From a virus (taxonomy: Duplodnaviria; Caudoviricetes): a stretch of 36,869 nt of DNA. Below are positions 35,430 to 36,869 of this stretch, in pieces (position 1 is the stretch's first letter; each line of letters opens with the position of its first letter). The stretch is from positions 1 to 36,869 of IMG/VR virus record IMGVR_UViG_3300025034_000893. One strand, written 5' to 3'. The notes below the pieces were generated by a model. The model did not search any database. It was given only the letters and a program-made list of their open reading frames with translations, and was not told the origin of the DNA. A program made the translations under genes and the position numbers.

Positions 35430-35651
35430 TCACGCGGGGAAGTACCTCGCCAACTCGGGATCGGCGCGGTAGGCCTTGAGAAGCTTGACCACCTCCCGCG
35501 CGCCTCGCACGAACTTCGCCCGCGTCTGCCAGTCCAGCGTCGAGTGGAAGACGTCGTTGCGCATGATGTCCTCGACGAATCCCGCGTCCTTCTCGCTGAC
35601 CCCCGTGGCCTCGATGATGAGGCCCTGGTAGAAACTACGCCTCGCGTTCAT
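35430..35651 (-). CDS. Hypothetical phage protein
   Basis: ATGA-coupled, GGAGG SD; VEDIMRNDVFHSTLDW motif. Confidence 0.6.
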   Translation of the reverse strand: MNARRSFYQGLIIEATGVSEKDAGFVEDIMRNDVFHSTLDWQTRAKFVRGAREVVKLLKAYRADPELARYFPA

Positions 35652-35839
35652 GCCGCCTCCGTTTGCACCATGGCATCCTGGAGCCTATGGGCAGTGACCT
35701 GCGCTTGCTCCTCGGTGTCGAAACCCCGGAGCCAAACCGTCCCATCGGTCGGATGGGGCGTCGGGCTGGAGTAGGCGACCACCGCCCACTCGCCCAGGAC
35801 TTGCTCCACCTTCAGGTAGCGTCTCGTGTTCTCGGTCAT
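35648..35839 (-). CDS. Hypothetical protein
   Basis: ATGA-coupled; AGGAGG SD. Confidence 0.55.
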   Translation of the reverse strand: MTENTRRYLKVEQVLGEWAVVAYSSPTPHPTDGTVWLRGFDTEEQAQVTAHRLQDAMVQTEAA

Positions 35840-36093
35840 TTGCCCTCCTTGCCCCTGGCCTTGAGCAGCACATAGGCCAGCTTCGCCCGGGCCTTGTCGC
35901 TCAAGACCACATTGGCCTGGTACTCGTCGCCTTCATGCAAAAGCAGGGCGACCTCGCCCTTGCGGTCGACCACCGCATCCAAGCGGTGGCTGATGCGGTA
36001 GCAGAGTTCCCCCCGGGTCTGCTCCTGATCTTCGGGGCTAATGTAGTTCGCCCAGTCCTTCCTTTTCGTCGGCTTTACGGGTATTGGATTCAT
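35836..36093 (-). CDS. Hypothetical protein
   Basis: ATGA-coupled; AGGAGG SD. Confidence 0.55.
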   Translation of the reverse strand: MNPIPVKPTKRKDWANYISPEDQEQTRGELCYRISHRLDAVVDRKGEVALLLHEGDEYQANVVLSDKARAKLAYVLLKARGKEGK

Positions 36094-36302
36094 CGCTTCC
36101 CTCCTCGCGCCTCGCTGCGTCCCATCTGGTAGGCAAGGGCCAACGCCTCGCGCAGCCCGTTAACGCTGACTTCATGGAAGTCGAGCCGGTCGCTCCTGCG
36201 CTCTTCGAGCGTCTCGATGCCGAGGACCTCCTTGGCGATGAACGACGCCCGAGCCTCGGCCTGCTCGCGGTGTTTCTGTTCGCGCGCTTGCTTGGTCTTC
36301 AT
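36090..36302 (-). CDS. DUF6900-like small protein
   Basis: IAKEVLGIETLEERRSDRLDFHEVSVNGLREALALAYQMG matches this widespread mobile-element family. Confidence 0.75.
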   Translation of the reverse strand: MKTKQAREQKHREQAEARASFIAKEVLGIETLEERRSDRLDFHEVSVNGLREALALAYQMGRSEARGGKR

Positions 36303-36544
36303 GCCAGCCCCTCGTTCTTCGTGACCGTCAGAAACACCGGCGGGATCTCGCCCTCGATCCGCGTCCCCAGGGCCTCGACCTCGTAGTCGAGCAACTGGTC
36401 CTCGACCGCGATGTTGTCCCACTGGACAAATATCCAGCGCCGATGGCTGCGCGTCGAGGTGCGAACTACGGTGCCGGTGAACTTGCCGCCCCACTTCGCG
36501 TCGCGTACCCGGTCGCCTTTGCGGATTCTCGTTTTCTCGCTCAT
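36299..36544 (-). CDS. Hypothetical protein, SH3/Tudor-like (KGDRVR...GTVV...FVQWD)
   Basis: AAGGAGG SD; first gene after the promoter at 36590-36618. Confidence 0.6.
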   Translation of the reverse strand: MSEKTRIRKGDRVRDAKWGGKFTGTVVRTSTRSHRRWIFVQWDNIAVEDQLLDYEVEALGTRIEGEIPPVFLTVTKNEGLA

Positions 36545-36589
36545 CGTTTTTGGCCTCCTTTTTACCGCCCTACCGTCGAGTCAGGAAGG

Positions 36590-36618
36590 AAGGTATAGGG
36601 ACTTCGCGAAGATTGCAA
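36590..36618 (-). promoter_or_regulatory. Putative sigma70 promoter with palindromic operator for the minus-strand early operon
   Basis: Minus strand TTGCAA, 17 nt spacer, TACCTT; perfect palindrome CTTCGCGAAG (36602-36611) in the spacer. Confidence 0.55.
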
Positions 36619-36701
36619 GGCCTTCTTCCGTCGAGAAACTCGCCGTTATTCGACATCGGCGAAGTCGAATTTTCGAGATTCCCGAGTTCCGGCTATCGGG
36701 C

Positions 36702-36869
36702 TCAGAGGCGTCGCGGCCTGCGCCGAGCATCGCGCCGCGAGGCTTTCAGCGCCTTCTCGGGCCCCTCGTGAATCGCGCGCCAGAGGTAGCGGTCCAGCTT
36801 GTCCCAGTCGATCGTGCCGTCGCTGTAGACCTGGACCGCGAACTCGGCGGCGAGCTTTCGTTTTGACAT
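36702..36869 (-). CDS. Small hypothetical protein (55 aa or longer; starts at window edge)
   Basis: MSKRKLAAEFAVQVYSDGTIDWDKLDRYLWRAIHEGPEKALKASRRDARRRPRRL*. Confidence 0.45.
   Translation of the reverse strand: MSKRKLAAEFAVQVYSDGTIDWDKLDRYLWRAIHEGPEKALKASRRDARRRPRRL

Larger units (their letters stand above)
1..36869. mobile_element. Temperate siphovirus-like prophage/phage segment with a defence-island cargo
   Basis: Continuous head-neck-tail-lysis synteny, a tyrosine recombinase and small early-type genes. No host housekeeping genes or att sites are visible. Confidence 0.9.

Noticed and set aside
1-36869. CRISPR arrays, tRNA/rRNA genes, DGR, att direct repeats, contractile tail sheath
   Set aside because: None recognised by eye. 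There is no reverse transcriptase or sheath gene, and the element ends appear to lie outside the window.

Overview
This window is most of a GC-rich temperate siphovirus-type prophage or phage contig, open at both ends. From left to right it holds: (i) the 3' end of a MuF/gp7-like head morphogenesis gene interrupted by an HNH-containing intein; (ii) head-module cargo, namely an antisense ORF6N gene, a sense-strand protein with two tandem Dam-family adenine methyltransferase domains, and antisense PD-(D/E)XK and SEL1-repeat genes; (iii) a small DUF2292-like gene and an attenuator-like leader; (iv) a co-directional virion operon (prohead protease/scaffold, capsid, FN3-type decoration proteins, neck, tail tube, chaperone, tape measure, two large tail-tip proteins) followed by holins and an endolysin; (v) a ~9.5 kb DISARM-like defence island (UvrD-like helicase, drmA, drmB, drmC, and a convergent C5 cytosine methyltransferase with a long C-terminal extension); and (vi) a minus-strand operon of small early-type genes ending in an XerD-like tyrosine recombinase. 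The strongest leads are a possibly virion-packaged, protease-processed double methyltransferase, the DISARM variant with UvrD in the DrmE/DrmD position, and the DUF2292/antiterminator switch ahead of the head-tail operon. All family calls come from motif recognition by eye; no database searches were run.
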